Positions 41,181-54,789 of a stretch of 64,000 nt of DNA are shown one piece after another. A program made the position numbers and the translations under genes. The notes below the pieces were generated by a model, which was not told the origin of the DNA, made no database searches, and saw only the letters and a program-made list of their open reading frames with translations. Each line of letters begins with the position of its first letter. Within the stretch, counting starts at the first letter, position 1. Source of the DNA: Mytilus edulis (lineage: Eukaryota); NCBI RefSeq assembly GCF_963676685.1, contig NC_092351.1:32426001-32490000 (forward strand). The letters run 5' to 3'.

Positions 41181-41479
41181 AACAATTTTAAGTGGCATGC
41201 CAACATCACTGTTTGTCATTAAATTAACAATTATACATTAATTCAAAAGTGTATTTGCTGCATATCAATCGATGTTGATATTCGACAACATGTTTACTGT
41301 TTCAGGGAATCGGTGTGTTCCATAGAACAGTCATTACAAAAATTAATCAAAGCTGGTACATGATGGGTTTATTCCCATAATGATACTGTTTTGTTTTGTT
41401 TTCATTATTACTATTTTCCAGAACATTTTATCTCGAGTTTATAATCAGTGACGTCCGCTTGGAGAACGTGCATTACATG

Positions 41480-42030
41480 AATAGTTCCAATTTTCAGTGT
41501 TTACCTGCCATTGATTTTAATATACCAATTTCAATTACTTCAGCTTATCTGCATTCAGTATTAATGTTGCTGATACACCGGTACTCGTTTCTATGTTTCT
41601 CATACCCTCTTCCTCAACATATGGCGTTTTCATTTCAAGAAAGGAAGCAAATATCATCGTATATTTAGAATCCATTTTTGACGACTTAAACCATCTTCTT
41701 AATGCTGATTCGATGAATAGAATTTTGTTCCCGTGAATGACGTCTTTGCATTATTTAACTCAGCACAATTAGGTATAGATGAAATCCATAGTGCTCTCTG
41801 ACTTTCACCCATACTCCCTCCTCTGGTTAGCCTGTAGTCTTAATGCTTCGCATTAAAGCTGGCTCAATAACCAAAATTCCTGCTCAATATTGATCTGTTC
41901 GTCTGATCACATGGTAAACTACTTCAAATAGAGCTGCTACTTCTACATTGTTCCTTGAGACATTCCATTTGGTTAATTTTTTTTGTCTACGTGCAATGCT
42001 GTCGAAGCATTGGGAATAACATAGGTCATG
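41480..42030 (-). pseudogene. Decayed Academ-like (CXC-type) transposase fragment
   Basis: Minus strand reads VIRRTDQY*..LVIEPALMRSIKTTG..TRG..ESQRALWISSIPNCAELNNA..FTG..SSNQH with frameshifts; family from recall. Confidence 0.6.
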
Positions 42031-43482
42031 TAACCCAATAAGTGGAAATTTATGTTAATATTTAAAACAAGAAAAAACGATTATGAAGAGTTTACATTGT
42101 TAGTATTGCAATAGTAATAAAAACATGGTCACTGCATAGCGAAGTGTATATAATTATATACATTTGGCTCCTTAAATACAAAGAACGTTTAATGATTTGA
42201 ATACTATTGAAAAGTTAAATGTCTTAAATCAAATATGTTAGTTAAACAAATGTGTCCTATTTAAATAGATGATACTACTAAAAGTTAAAGACGATCACTT
42301 CATGTGGTGAGTTCTTATATATTACATTTCTGCTTTACCTCTTTTGCACGTATTTTAATCACTGAATTTTCTTGGTTTTTATCAATTTTGCAAAAACCTA
42401 TAATAGATAAAATATAAATAAATAATAAAGATTCTTGGATTAACGTGATTAACTTGAACGTCTCATGAGTGCAACTGAGAAACCGAGTTTTTTTTAAGGA
42501 TACAATCATCAAATTTGGCAGTTGGGGTCATAGAGCACATTCTTAAACCAGATGGGTAAAACAATACAAAAATAAATTTGGTTTAGCTCACCTTGTTCGG
42601 CAATATGAGTGAAACAGTGACAAAATCCTGGAGGATATTATTTTCTTACTTGGATTATCCCGTAGAATGTGTGATTTATAATTCCTTGGGAGAATCACAA
42701 TATCATACATGATGTATTTTTTGGACTAAAGAAAAATCCATCAGTAGTAATAAATCATTTCTTAATCCTTTATCCAATAGGATATTTGTATAATAAAATA
42801 ATCCTGTGGAATAAATAATATTAGACAAAATTAATAAAAATTCAAATGGATGGCATTACGAAAAAAGATATCCTAAGGATTTAAAGAAATTCTTAGGGAG
42901 AATCAAATTACTTATGGGAGGTTTACGAAAATCATAAGGAGAAAAAGATCATATTAAAAGAAAAAAATCTTCATTTGAAAATGAGTTACATTCCTATTAT
43001 CTTAAATGAAAATGTCAAACACTTCCACGGTGAAAATGACATAATGTATCAATAATGGGCAGTAAAATGAGTTGCAAAACGAAATCTAAATGAAATTTAA
43101 ATCGACAAACTGAATGCCAAAATTTGATTGAAAGTTGTACAACATTAATGATTATGTTAAAAGTTATATTTTTCTGTAAGCTTTGTTTAATATAAAAAAT
43201 TCGAAATATTGAACTAGATGTGTATCGATTTTACACACAAATGGCAGTATACGCAATTAATACCCGTCGCCATGCCTTAAAAATGTTCCTGAATCGTGGC
43301 TAAAAAAAAACCAATTCATTTGATATGGCAACATTGTTATTATCAAATTCAAAAATGTTTGGCCGTTGTCAAGCGTAGTGCAAATACCTAATATGCTCCT
43401 TGAATAAAAAGAACGTTAAATGACCTGAATACATTGAAAAGTTAAAGGTCTTAAATCTGTTAGTTAAATACATGTGTCCTAA

Positions 43483-45185
43483 TAGACCTTTTCAACATCT
43501 CTCGACACCGACTAATGACACCTACAGTTTACAGGTAAAATGGATGGGTCGTCTCAAAGACAAGAACCATCATCATTACCAATACGTAACATATTGGATT
43601 GGCGGTTATATACTGTCTTTAATTGACTATATAGCTTCAGAATATATATCAACCAAATAAATAAATAAATATTTGTCTCTGTGATATAATATTTTAATTT
43701 TGTATGTATATTTACACGACATTTCATGTTGAATTGATTAAAACAAATACAGCAACCATTCTGCATCCTGATCCGCATTCTCTTCAATTTTATGATTATG
43801 TGAGTCCTTTACCAAATATTTGCCGCATGTAAATAACGATTAATTTGTTGGTGTAAAAGCTTTTATGAAATTTTCCAAAATTTATGAAAAATAATTACTT
43901 GACTGTCCGTACGTCCGTATCACACTTGTGAACACGACCAAATTGGTATTTTTCAACCGATCTTCACCTTAGTTGCTGTACATATTCAATTTCTGGAGGG
44001 ATAATCACGTATTGATTTTGAAGGTCTACGGAACTTGAAAATATATATCACATCTATTTTTTTTTATCAACGGCAGACTTCTCCGCTACAAGATATTTTG
44101 TTAGAGTTGATGTTTTTCATGATAAATTTAAAATAAAATATAATTGACTTCTCGTTTTAATGTTACAACATCTTAAGCAGTGAATTTTTTTACATACCTG
44201 TGTATGGAATTTATGTTTCAAATTGTTAGTTAATACTTAGAGCTTGTTTATATTGCAAAAATCAATATGGACAGTGCTAAGCAGGGGTTTAGAGATCGGC
44301 GGTTGATGTCCCGAGAACAACGTACCTTGTCCCTTCGTCACAGTGTCCTTCCCCCGTTCCTGAAAATGACCTTTGGGTTTCTTACAAGAAGTTGATCAAA
44401 TTTCGTTGATTTTATCTATACACTGTCAATGCTATATTTTGTTTTGTTTTCATCGGGTCAGAATTTATTTCTCTATATCCAATTTCCGGAAAAAGTTTTG
44501 TACCTTTTTCAAGTTTTTTCGTACTGAAGATTTTTTTTTGTATCTCATCTATGACCATACATAAGGGAGGTTTTGAATCAAAACAGGGAGAATCAATCCG
44601 CTGCATTTCCCGGGGGACTGTGTTCTCCTTAGAGACAAAGTTTATTCAAATCGTCATCCTTTAGTTACACCATTTACAACACCTCAAATTAATCGTAAGC
44701 CATAACATTTGAGAGAAAAAGCAGAAAATTTAATCGCGTGATTGGTGAATACAGAATTCAAGTGGAACACCAAATTGGTGAATTGAAAATATACAAAGTA
44801 TTCAGTACATTATGGAGGCACGCAAGGCCAAAACTAACAGACATTGTGGAAACATTTGCAGTCCTTGTCAACAGACATAAAACATTGTTTAATTAAATAT
44901 CAACTACAATTAAACATTGTTTAATTAAATATCAACTACAATTAAACATGCTTTGTTCTTTTCATTTTCCAAATTCCACAGCTAGAAGCTCAACGTCTAA
45001 AAAAATGAAATGTGACTTAAAGTCCATCATTTTCTTTATAATAAATTTTAAAAAAAATCAATTGTCAATGAAAGCAATAAAATCAATAATGATTTATTTA
45101 TTTTTTATTTTTGAGACGACCCCTCATATTTTACCTGTCGTAGTCGTTCTCAACTGTAGGTGTCGATAGATGTTGAAAAGGTCTA
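43483..45185. mobile_element. Non-autonomous TIR element with TAG...CTA ends (Academ-type)
   Basis: TAGACCTTTTCAACATCTcTCGACACC / GGTGTCGAtAGATGTTGAAAAGGTCTA, imperfect to ~75 bp; empty paralogous site near 42255. Confidence 0.8.
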
Positions 45186-45974
45186 TTTAAATAGATAATT
45201 CTTCTAAAAGTAGAAGCCGATCACTTCATGTGGTGAGTTTTTATATATTACATTTCTGCCTTACCTCTTTTGCACGTAATTTGTTCACTGAATTTTCTTT
45301 GTTTTAACATCTTTAATGACTTTTATATTCTTAATGTAATATTAAATCAAGTGTTGTTACATAGCTGTTCATTTTCTTTCACGATTCAACATATGGAGAG
45401 ACTTTAAGTCGACGTATTTTTTAACCTCCTCTTGAAACTACTGGGCCAAAGTTCACTAAACTTCACCACAAGCATCATTTGTGATATGTTGTTTATGTTT
45501 GTGTTCGATGACCCCAACTGTTAAAAAAATTACTAGAGATATAACGGGGAAAAAGGCACGTTTTAAAACCGCTATTAAATGAGATAATTTAATATAGACA
45601 GAAATCATTTATGTTAAGAATGATGAGGTCTGATTATTGCCCTTGACATCAAAACTGTCAGATTAATTTGTATGTTGGTCATTTCCAAAAATGTCGAATT
45701 TTGAAATTGAAAAATTTATTAAAAGTTACTCATTCAAACAACCCGCCAAATAAACAAATCAAAACAAACAGTACTTTAAGAACATCATATTAAAAGATGC
45801 AATCTTAAAGATGTCATACAAGAATATCTTGAAACATTTTTTGATCGGTGGTAGTATATTTTGTCTATCCTGTTACCATTTTCAAAAGAAATTTTGGGTT
45901 ATTAAGAAAAGGTTTAGATAAAATGTTAAGCTTGTTTTACGTAGCCAAATAGATGGTTTTCAAGACAATAAACT

Positions 45975-46045
45975 TGAGTCTTTTGTAGACGAAACGCGCG
46001 TCTGGCGTATATACTAAATTTAGTCCTGGTATCTATGATGAGTTT
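45975..46045 (+). ncRNA. 5'-truncated hammerhead relic
   Basis: TGA-GTCT(TTTGT)AGAC-GAAA-CGCGCG-TC-TGGCGT; CUGA and 5' arm of stem I missing. Confidence 0.55.
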
Positions 46046-46804
46046 ATTTCTATATATATTTATTCTGTAAAATAACAGTTTATTTGCCAATTTTCCAGGT
46101 TGTACTGAAAAATCCCCCTTAAAATTATTTTTCAAAGGTTGTAAAAATTACCACCAGTAATGCAAGTCTAAGATAGCAATTTATATTGTTCGGCATTTTT
46201 TCGCCTTTTCAAACAAACCCAACATCAAGTAAATCCCTCATAAGTTAGTTACTTTTCTCTTTATTTCATTGGTAACAGAAACGTACGTTTCTGATATATC
46301 ACTATATAAAAGTCTATCCTGTTACCGATATCAGTATTGCACCTGCAAATGCTTAATTGGGAAGCTTAAGACGTTATAACCTCAAGATGAGTTCAAACAA
46401 CGAAATATTTCATTCGTTTTGCACCTATGTGTTAAGATAAAAAAAATAACGAGGTTTTTGGTTACAATTGTCTATCCTGTTACTGTAACCATATCAACAA
46501 TTGTAACAGGATAGACATAACAGGATAGACAAATGTCTTCGTTCTTGATTGATGTTGTGAAATAACTACTCCCTTTGGTGAAGTGATTATGGTTTTCTAT
46601 TGTGAATTTGGTTTCCAACATGTTATATGTTATTTTGACAAGCATACTGTTGGTGTAATTAATCAAAATTGTTGGTAACAGCATAAACATGAAAAAAGTA
46701 CACTCTATTTTTTTCACTAAATGTCTTGAAATTTCTTTTCTCTACACTGCCGTTAAAGAAACGAGGCGTTTTATATGTAGATTACTTTATACTTTTAAAA
46801 TCAA

Positions 46805-47977
46805 CTAGAACACACCCGCGAAATCGCGGGCATTCAGAGCGTAGTTTATAGTATGTAAAGTGTTGTTGGAAGAATTAGGTAAAATATTGAATGACTGGAG
46901 AATTTCAGCAAAAGTATCATAAGTCAAAGGTTATTGGGGACAGGAAAATGTGGGTTTTTTTTAATCCCTCCTCCTTTATTTCCAAAATTCCCAATTTTGG
47001 TTTTCTATCAATTTCAATATGAACATAATACATTTAGTGGGGAATTTCAGCAAAAGTATCATAAGTCATAGGTTATTGGGGACAGGAAAATGTTTTTTAT
47101 ATCCCTCCTCCTTTATTTCCAAAATTCCCAATTTTTGGTTTTATATCAATTTCAATATGAACATAATACATTGAGTATGTTATGAACATTTAAGTAAGGA
47201 GCCTGTAATTCAGTGGTTGTCGTTTGTTTATGTGTTACATATTTGTATTTCGTTCATTTTTTGTACATCAATAAGGCCGCTAGTTTTCTGGTTTGGATTA
47301 TGTTACCTTGTCAGTTCAGGGCCTTTAAAAGCTGATTATGCGGTATGGGCTTTGCTCATTGTTGAAGGTCGTACGGTGAACTATAGCTGTTAATTTCTGT
47401 ATCATTTTGATCTCTTGTGGAGAGTTGTCTCAACATGGCTATCATACCACATCTTTTTTTGTAATCAATGAATTTTGTAAAAGATTTAATAACTGGAAAA
47501 TTTCAGAAAAGGTATCAAAAGTTCACATGAATAATTTTAGCGCTTATATAAATCTGTATATTATGAACATTCATTACTATATAAATATAGTGTATTTACT
47601 TTCAACTTTAAGTTTACTAATCGATCCATGGTGGTCATTGATATAGTATACAGACCCTCTCTATTTAATAAACTATGTGACCGCCGTGGATAGTAAACTT
47701 GTAAATGATAGCAGATAGAATTCTTAAAATACAGTATACAGAAAAACGAAAACCGGAAGTCTAATCAGACTTAAAATTTCGTCCAATGACGGGACAATAT
47801 CCGGATGTCTTTTTTCTCGTTTTTCTCCCAAAATAACTCAATCTGAATAATCATATGAATGGATGACAAATGCGACTATGTACTGTACCTATAGGACACA
47901 GAGGCGTGTTGATAAATTTATTGTGGAAAGAAGAGAAGCGACACCAAACATGAGGTCTTCTCGTTTAATAGTATAGA
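46805..47977 (-). mobile_element. Non-autonomous Helitron, inverted relative of 33557-34473
   Basis: Reverse complement reads A|TCTATACTATT...hairpin-CTAG|T; internal ~143-bp tandem duplication. Confidence 0.9.
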
Positions 47978-49039
47978 TACTGACTGATTCAATATTCATA
48001 GGGAGAATAATTTAACGGCTGATTTAAGTAGCGGTAACAGGATAGACACAAACCTCACGTACATGTTGTACGCTGATTGAATTTAGTTTGTAGATAATGT
48101 TAAATACAATGATAAAGAAGCTACAATTTTTCGTTAGAGTAATAATTAACGTTCTTAAAAAGTCCCTTTTGCAGATATCAAAGCGACCAGAAAATCGGAA
48201 AAAAATCATTTGAAATGTGTTTTTCTGACACTGTACGCACACAAATACCCTCAAAATCGGCCTTAAATGCAGCTTAATCTTATCAAAATAGATGTAAGTT
48301 GTGTTTACTATTAATGTTCTGAATCACAAATCAGACAAGCGTTCATTTACAGGATTTAAATCATTACAACTGAAATTTTCATTAGAAATAAAAAAAAAAA
48401 TATATAGCATGGGTGTACTGAAAATTCGACATTTTTTTTAAATGACCCATATATTGTAGAAGCTGTTGCCCTCATATGACAAAGTTGACCAGTTGATTTC
48501 AGTTTTACATAATATATCTTAAACTGTAAACAGTCAAATCACAAAAATACTGAACTTTGAGGAAAATTAAAAACGGAAAGTCCGTAATCAAATGGCAAAA
48601 TCAAATGACAAAACACATCAGATGAATGGACAACAATTGTAATGTTCCTAATAGAAAGTGTTAATATGGGAGAAATTGTACTTATTAGAGTTATTACAAT
48701 TTAATGACCATTTTTTATCAATTTTGCAAAAACCTATGATAGATAGATAGAGAGATACAAAATTTAAATAAATAATAAAGATTCTTCGATTAACGAACAC
48801 GATTAACTTGAACGTCTCATGAGTGCAAATGAGAACCCGAGTTTTTTTAAGGATAGAATCATCAAATTTTGCAGTTGGAGTTATCAAGCACATTTTTAAA
48901 CCAGACGGGTAAAACAATACAAAAAAAAATTTGGTTTAGCTCACCTTGTTCGGCAATATAAAAAAAAAAATACCAGCTTCAAACCATCCCTATCAATTCA
49001 TCCAAGATTTAATGGAGATCTAAAAGTGGGTTTAGGAAG

Positions 49040-49990
49040 GTGTGATGATATCCATATGCTTGTCTGCAATGATGCTGGGGAAACATTATACGAGACATAC
49101 TCACTATCCTGAATTCGCTCAATTTCATGGTTGGCAACACTTATTAGATAGCGTCCCACTTTACTTTAAGAAGCACAAAATCCATTGGCATTCAATTTTT
49201 CAATAAGGTATTTTGAACCAAACTCATGGTACATTTGTAAAGCCAATCCTAAATGAAAAGGAGTAAAAATAAACTAGGCCATATAACTGATTGACTCAAC
49301 AATTCCCAAGTATTTACTCAATTGGATTTCTCTGGTGCCATTTCATGAGAATAGACTTGGCTGTCTGCAGTATCATCGAGTAACTAAAAAATAAATTGCA
49401 ATAAATACGAAGGCATTGACTGAATTGAAGAAGGAAGAGACAATTCATCCGAAGTTGGGTATTCTTCTGTGGAAATTTGTAGAGTTTCAAAGTCTTTTCT
49501 AAGTATACTTGCAGCGGAATGAAATGTCTGTCCGTGACTTGTGTTAAATACAGTTGACATTGAGATTTTGAGGTCAGTTTTCAATTGACAAGCACTTGAT
49601 ATGGCATCTCAAATAGTGATGCTGCTACTAAATATTATGTTAGATTTGCCTTGAACTTGTTGAAGTTGTTTGACAACTGAGTTTCTATAGAAATCAATTA
49701 GTTTAGACTGCATTTTACAAATATGATATTTTAAATTAGAATCAATAGGAAGAAAAGATCTATAACGGTATCATGAGGAATGTTTTTTTTTTTTATCATT
49801 GAATCGTAAGTTAGTAAAAGCAGTATCGTGATCTGAGATTTCTGTTTCCACGGGTTTGGAGTTGTTTTGTTTGTTTTTTTTTTTTTTTTTTTTCTTTTTT
49901 AGCAAATATTTTGTAATGCAACCAGAATGACAGAGTGCTTAAAGTTTAAAAGATGGACGAGAAACTATTTCAACATTTACTTTATCTGAC
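49040..49990 (-). pseudogene. Decayed Academ-like transposase, N-terminal part
   Basis: ALCHSGCITKY, HSAASILRKD..YP..MPSYLLQF, TPFHLGLALQMYHEFGSKYLIEKLNANGFCAS*SKVGRYL; family from recall. Confidence 0.6.
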
Positions 49991-51846
49991 ACGGATAAAA
50001 CTTCCTAATACGCTCATCTGATTCAAACTTGCGTAGTTTTTGATACTTCTAAAATATTTTGTTACAATATGGGGGAAATAGATAAAAAGATGATAACGTT
50101 AAAAAATATATAGATCAGCAAAACATGATCTGCAAATAAGTCTTATGGTGGACAACATCAGTCGAGTCCCTATTGAAGTTATTGCTCTATAATATGATTT
50201 TTTACCAATTTTAGTGGTTATGCCTTTTAGGACAAAAACAAATATATGTGTTTGTTATTACATCATTTTTTTATAATATGGTAGGTAGGTAGGTAGGTGG
50301 GATTTTTTTTATCGGAGAAGAAAGTGGTTAGTTAAAAAAAAATTGACTGTGATTTATAGGGTTTGGTATGTCAATTTGACATACAAGTGTAGTTTGTGTT
50401 GTGGTCTGATCGCAACATGTACCCTCCGGAATTGTTATGGAAATATAATAATATTATTCAACGGGAACTACCAACAAAGTAGCATTATTGAATTTTAAAA
50501 AAATAATATAAGAAGGAAAATTTCCATTTATCAATCAAATTTCAAACTTTAATTCTGTTAATGAAGTTCATTGTTTACTTCATCTGACACGTAATATTGT
50601 ACCTTTTCAACACTTCGTATATGTGACGTCATGGTTATGACTTTTTTGCGTTCAGGCCTGGTTTGTCACTGAGTCGGGTGTGTCTATTGTCTGTGTTGGT
50701 CTTCAATGCATTATGTATTATGGTTTTTTTTTTCTGTAATTAGTTAACGTCAGTTTGATCATGTAAATCTTTTATATTCATTTGATAAAATTTACTGTTT
50801 GCAATAGCATAAATTGTTCTACTAGTATATAATAAGAATGTTCTTATCACAAGCAAAAAACCCTAGCCGTATTTGGCACAACCTTTTTCAACTTTTGATC
50901 CTCAGAGCTGTACAACTTTGTCCCCCTTTTTTTGACTTTCGAACTTTTATATCTGGGCGTCACTGGTAAGTCTTGTTTGGACGAGGCGCGTCTTTGACGT
51001 AATGAATTTTAAATCTGATGCCTTTTGTTATCTATTATTCATGTGTTTCTTTGCCTAATACGTTCTGCTATTTATTTGTATTGTAGTCCTGTATTATTAT
51101 GTTGTCATTTTAATGTTATATTTAACAATGCCATCAAAGTGCGAGGTTTGGCATGCCACAAAACCAGGTTCAACCCACCATTTTTTTCTTTAAAAATGTC
51201 CTGTACCAAGTCAGGAAAATGGCCATTGTTATATCATAGTTCGTTTCTGTGTGTGTAACATTTTTACGTTGTGTTTCTGTTGTGTCGTTTGGTTTCTCCT
51301 ATTTTTGAGTGTGAATTCACATTATTATAAGACGTGTCACGGTACTTTTCTATCCCAAATTCATGTATTTGGTTTTGATGTTATATTGGTTATTCTCATC
51401 GGATGTTGTCTAATGATTAGTCCGTTGCTGTGTGTGTTACATTTTAATGTTGTGTCGTTGTTCTCCTCTAATATTTAATGCGTTACCCTCAGTTTTAGTT
51501 TGTTACCCCGATTTTGTTTTTTGTCCATAGATTTATGAGTTTTGAACAGCGGTATACTACTGTTGCCTTTATTTACTATATCAAAAATGTATAACATTTT
51601 TTTTCAAAAGACAAGGTTCAATAAGGGGCAACTTATATCAAAAACTCAATTAACACTTCATTTGCATTAAAATATATACTTGTAACAACCAATTGTCTAT
51701 GAATGTGTGCTGAATGAGTATTTTTCACTTTTGCAATGATTATTTTTCTGTCATATGTGTCATTCGTCTGAAGTTATAATCATAAGAACGGATTTCCATT
51801 GCCCCGCCTCTTATAAATTGTCTATGAAATGAAAAACTTTAAAGAA

Positions 51847-54087
51847 TCTATACTATTAAACGAGAAGACCTCATTTTGTGTGTCGCTTCTCTTCCGTCCA
51901 CAATAAATCAATCATCATGCCTCTGTGTCCTATAAGTAACATGCATAGTCGCATTTGTCATCCATTCTTATGATTATTCAGATTGAGTTATTTTGGGAGA
52001 AAAACGACAAAAAAAGGAGTCCGGATATGATTCCGTCATCAGACTGACTTTTAGTATAGATAAGACTTCCGGTTTGAAACATTCACAAACACAACCAATC
52101 GTATGATAGATAACAAAAAATGAAAAATAAATAAGCCAATCAAATCGTTCTCCATATCATGGTGTTTAAATCAACCACAACTATTATACCCCCTTATAGA
52201 GGACAATTATTTTTCGCGTTTATGTACATGTAAACTACGATTATACTACTTTAATATATAGAGACTCTCTGTATTCTGTCTACTGTTTTCTTTCAATTGT
52301 TTACTATTTAAGGGGTCATAAAAGTTGCATGTATATTAAAATAAGTAAAACAGTCAAAAAAAAACAATCGTAACTATGATAGATAACAAAAATGAAAAAT
52401 AAATAAGCCATTCAGAGCGTTCTCCATATCATGGTGTTTAGATAGCAAAAATAACAACTATTATACCTCCTTAGAGAGGACAACTATTGTTCACGTTTAT
52501 CTACATGTAAACTACGATTATACTACTTTAATATATAGAGACTCTCTGTATTCTGTCAGGGACTTTCTATGTTACTATAGAAAGTCCCTGATTCTGTCTA
52601 CTGTTTTCTTTAAAAATGTTTACTATTTAGGTGGTCATACCACTTGCATATATTATATATCAATATACTAAATAAATAAATGATTGGGAATACGTTAAAG
52701 TAATAAAAAGTCAAGAGAATTTCAGAACGCAATTTGGTTCCGAACAATATCTATCACGCTTTGTGCATGCAGACTCCACGCGGCCTTCACGTGATTTTAC
52801 TATTTTTAGAATAATTGCATAGTAACCAAATGCACTAGATTCAACCTTTACTAATTATGCAACATTTTCGAATAATTCTCTAGAAAATATTTCAATAGGT
52901 TCTAAAATTTATATTGTAAATATACACACTGCAGTTATTAATAGATAAATAAAAAAATAACTTGTACCCTTTAATACATCCAATCACAGCGTTCTTAAGT
53001 TGGCTTCCTACGCCCTGTCTTGGGTACACAAAAGGCCAACCTAATGCTGGGAAAATGTAATACTACCGTTTTCCCTATACATCAAACATCATGAAATTGA
53101 ATATTTTGTCCAGAACTATACGAATGAAAATTATAATAGATCCAAATTTTATTCAGATTGTACTATAAAGAAACCAAAGTTTTTTTTCCGATTTATTTAC
53201 ATAAACTTATTAAATCAGCTGCAGCATTACTATTATATGTAGACCTTCATTACATAAAACAATGGAAATAACATTGTATATTGATATAAACGATAAAACT
53301 TGTATTAAAATAAGTAAAACATGCTCAACTTTATCTAAAACTACCTCGACTTAAAACTTTAACCTGAAGCGGGACAGACGGGCGACCGAACGAACGCACG
53401 GATGCACAGACTAGATGGGGCATAACAATTTATTGTTGAAAGTGAAAATAGTGATTTGGCAAAAATGAAATTAAGGTAGAGATTAGAGGGAGGCAGTCCC
53501 TTTTTTCGGGGCGTCGGAATCGGGTGTTTTGAAGCTCGGGATTTGGGGATTGATCCTTACGGGATCTGGGAATATATTTTTCGATTTCGGGATTTCGGGA
53601 TATGAATTTCTTTAAATTCTGCATCTCGGGATTTCGGGATCATGACCCCTCCGACCACCCCTCAAATAAGCCTTATTCGGTCTTAGTCATTTATACAAGA
53701 TTCATATCCTACCATTGGCATGTTAGTAAGGCTCTCAAAAGAAAAAAGCAGATGGATTGACCTTGAAGCATATTTTATTAGACTTATAATGGTTATATAT
53801 AAGCAGTTACATTTATTTGATGTTTGAAACGGTGCAAATTTTTAATTTGATTTGACTTTTACCAAAAGAAGCATTGTAGCAAAAGAGAAGAATAATTGTG
53901 GTCTGAGGCCAGAAACACGAAAATAATTGAATTTAACAGAAAGGAAACAAATATCGGACTTTGTAAAAAGGGAGAGGGCTTTTGATACCTTTTATGAAAT
54001 TCTCCATACATAATATCTTTTACAAAAAAATCATCCTACAACAGCTCACAAGCTGTATGTGCCCGTGATTTCGCGGGTGTGTTCTAG
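51847..54087 (+). mobile_element. Non-autonomous Helitron with nested insertions
   Basis: A|TCTATACTATTAAACGAG...CCCGTGATTTCGCGGG-TGTGTTCTAG|T; internal ~270-bp duplication. Confidence 0.85.
52557..52590. mobile_element. 34-bp TIR-only insertion with 7-bp TSD
   Basis: ATTCTGT|CAGGGACTTTCTAT-GTTACT-ATAGAAAGTCCCTG|ATTCTGT; empty site at 52273-52279. Confidence 0.85.
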
Positions 54088-54789
54088 TTATTTATTATAG
54101 TACAATCTGAATATACAAATAAGTACATGTTTAAAAATACAAAAGAATCGGCCAGCCAAATAAACTTATGGTGCACTTTCTGATAATAAAAGGTCTATTC
54201 TAAATCATGAAACATATTTATGAAATCAAAATTTAAGTTTGTTACTTACATGAAAGAAAAATTGAACGCATTTAACATATGTTATAAGATATGACAATTG
54301 TTTGGTAGTTTATTTACACACTACATTTATGTTGATTGATTTTGCAACTGTTTTACTCTTCTTACTATTTAGGAGTTCTTTTAACTTATCCATTGATGAA
54401 AGGTCCGGGAATTCTTAGTCATGAAGCTCGAAGGAGCTTTTTACGAATATTGTTATGAAAATTTTTTCATGAAGTGGAGCTAATCTTCTACTTCGTCATT
54501 GTTACACATATTACATAGTCTTTGTTCAACAAGAATATTTCTGATACGCCTGTCACATCTGACTAGACACACTATATCTATGTGTATTGATATGAAAACT
54601 ATGTCTACTTCACTACTTGAGGGACTTTTGGAAAGATCTAAGCCGATTTTTTAAAAGATAGATGGCTTAGAGTTCATAAGCTCTGTACCGATGATATTTA
54701 TCATTTAATAGTGATTTTACTTGTTTAATTAAGTTTTTCAAAATTAATATTCCTTTATTTTGTATGTACTTTTATTTCTAGCAGTTATC

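Noticed and set aside
42588-42630. Minus-strand donor-like AAG|GTGAGC, repeated near 48940, as an exon of a third gene
   Set aside because: Lies in a duplicated repeat segment; no partner exons or meaningful peptide found
54760-54789. ORF-track start at TTG 54760 and end at 57315
   Set aside because: 54760-54784 is polypyrimidine tract and acceptor; the frame after 57222 is intron
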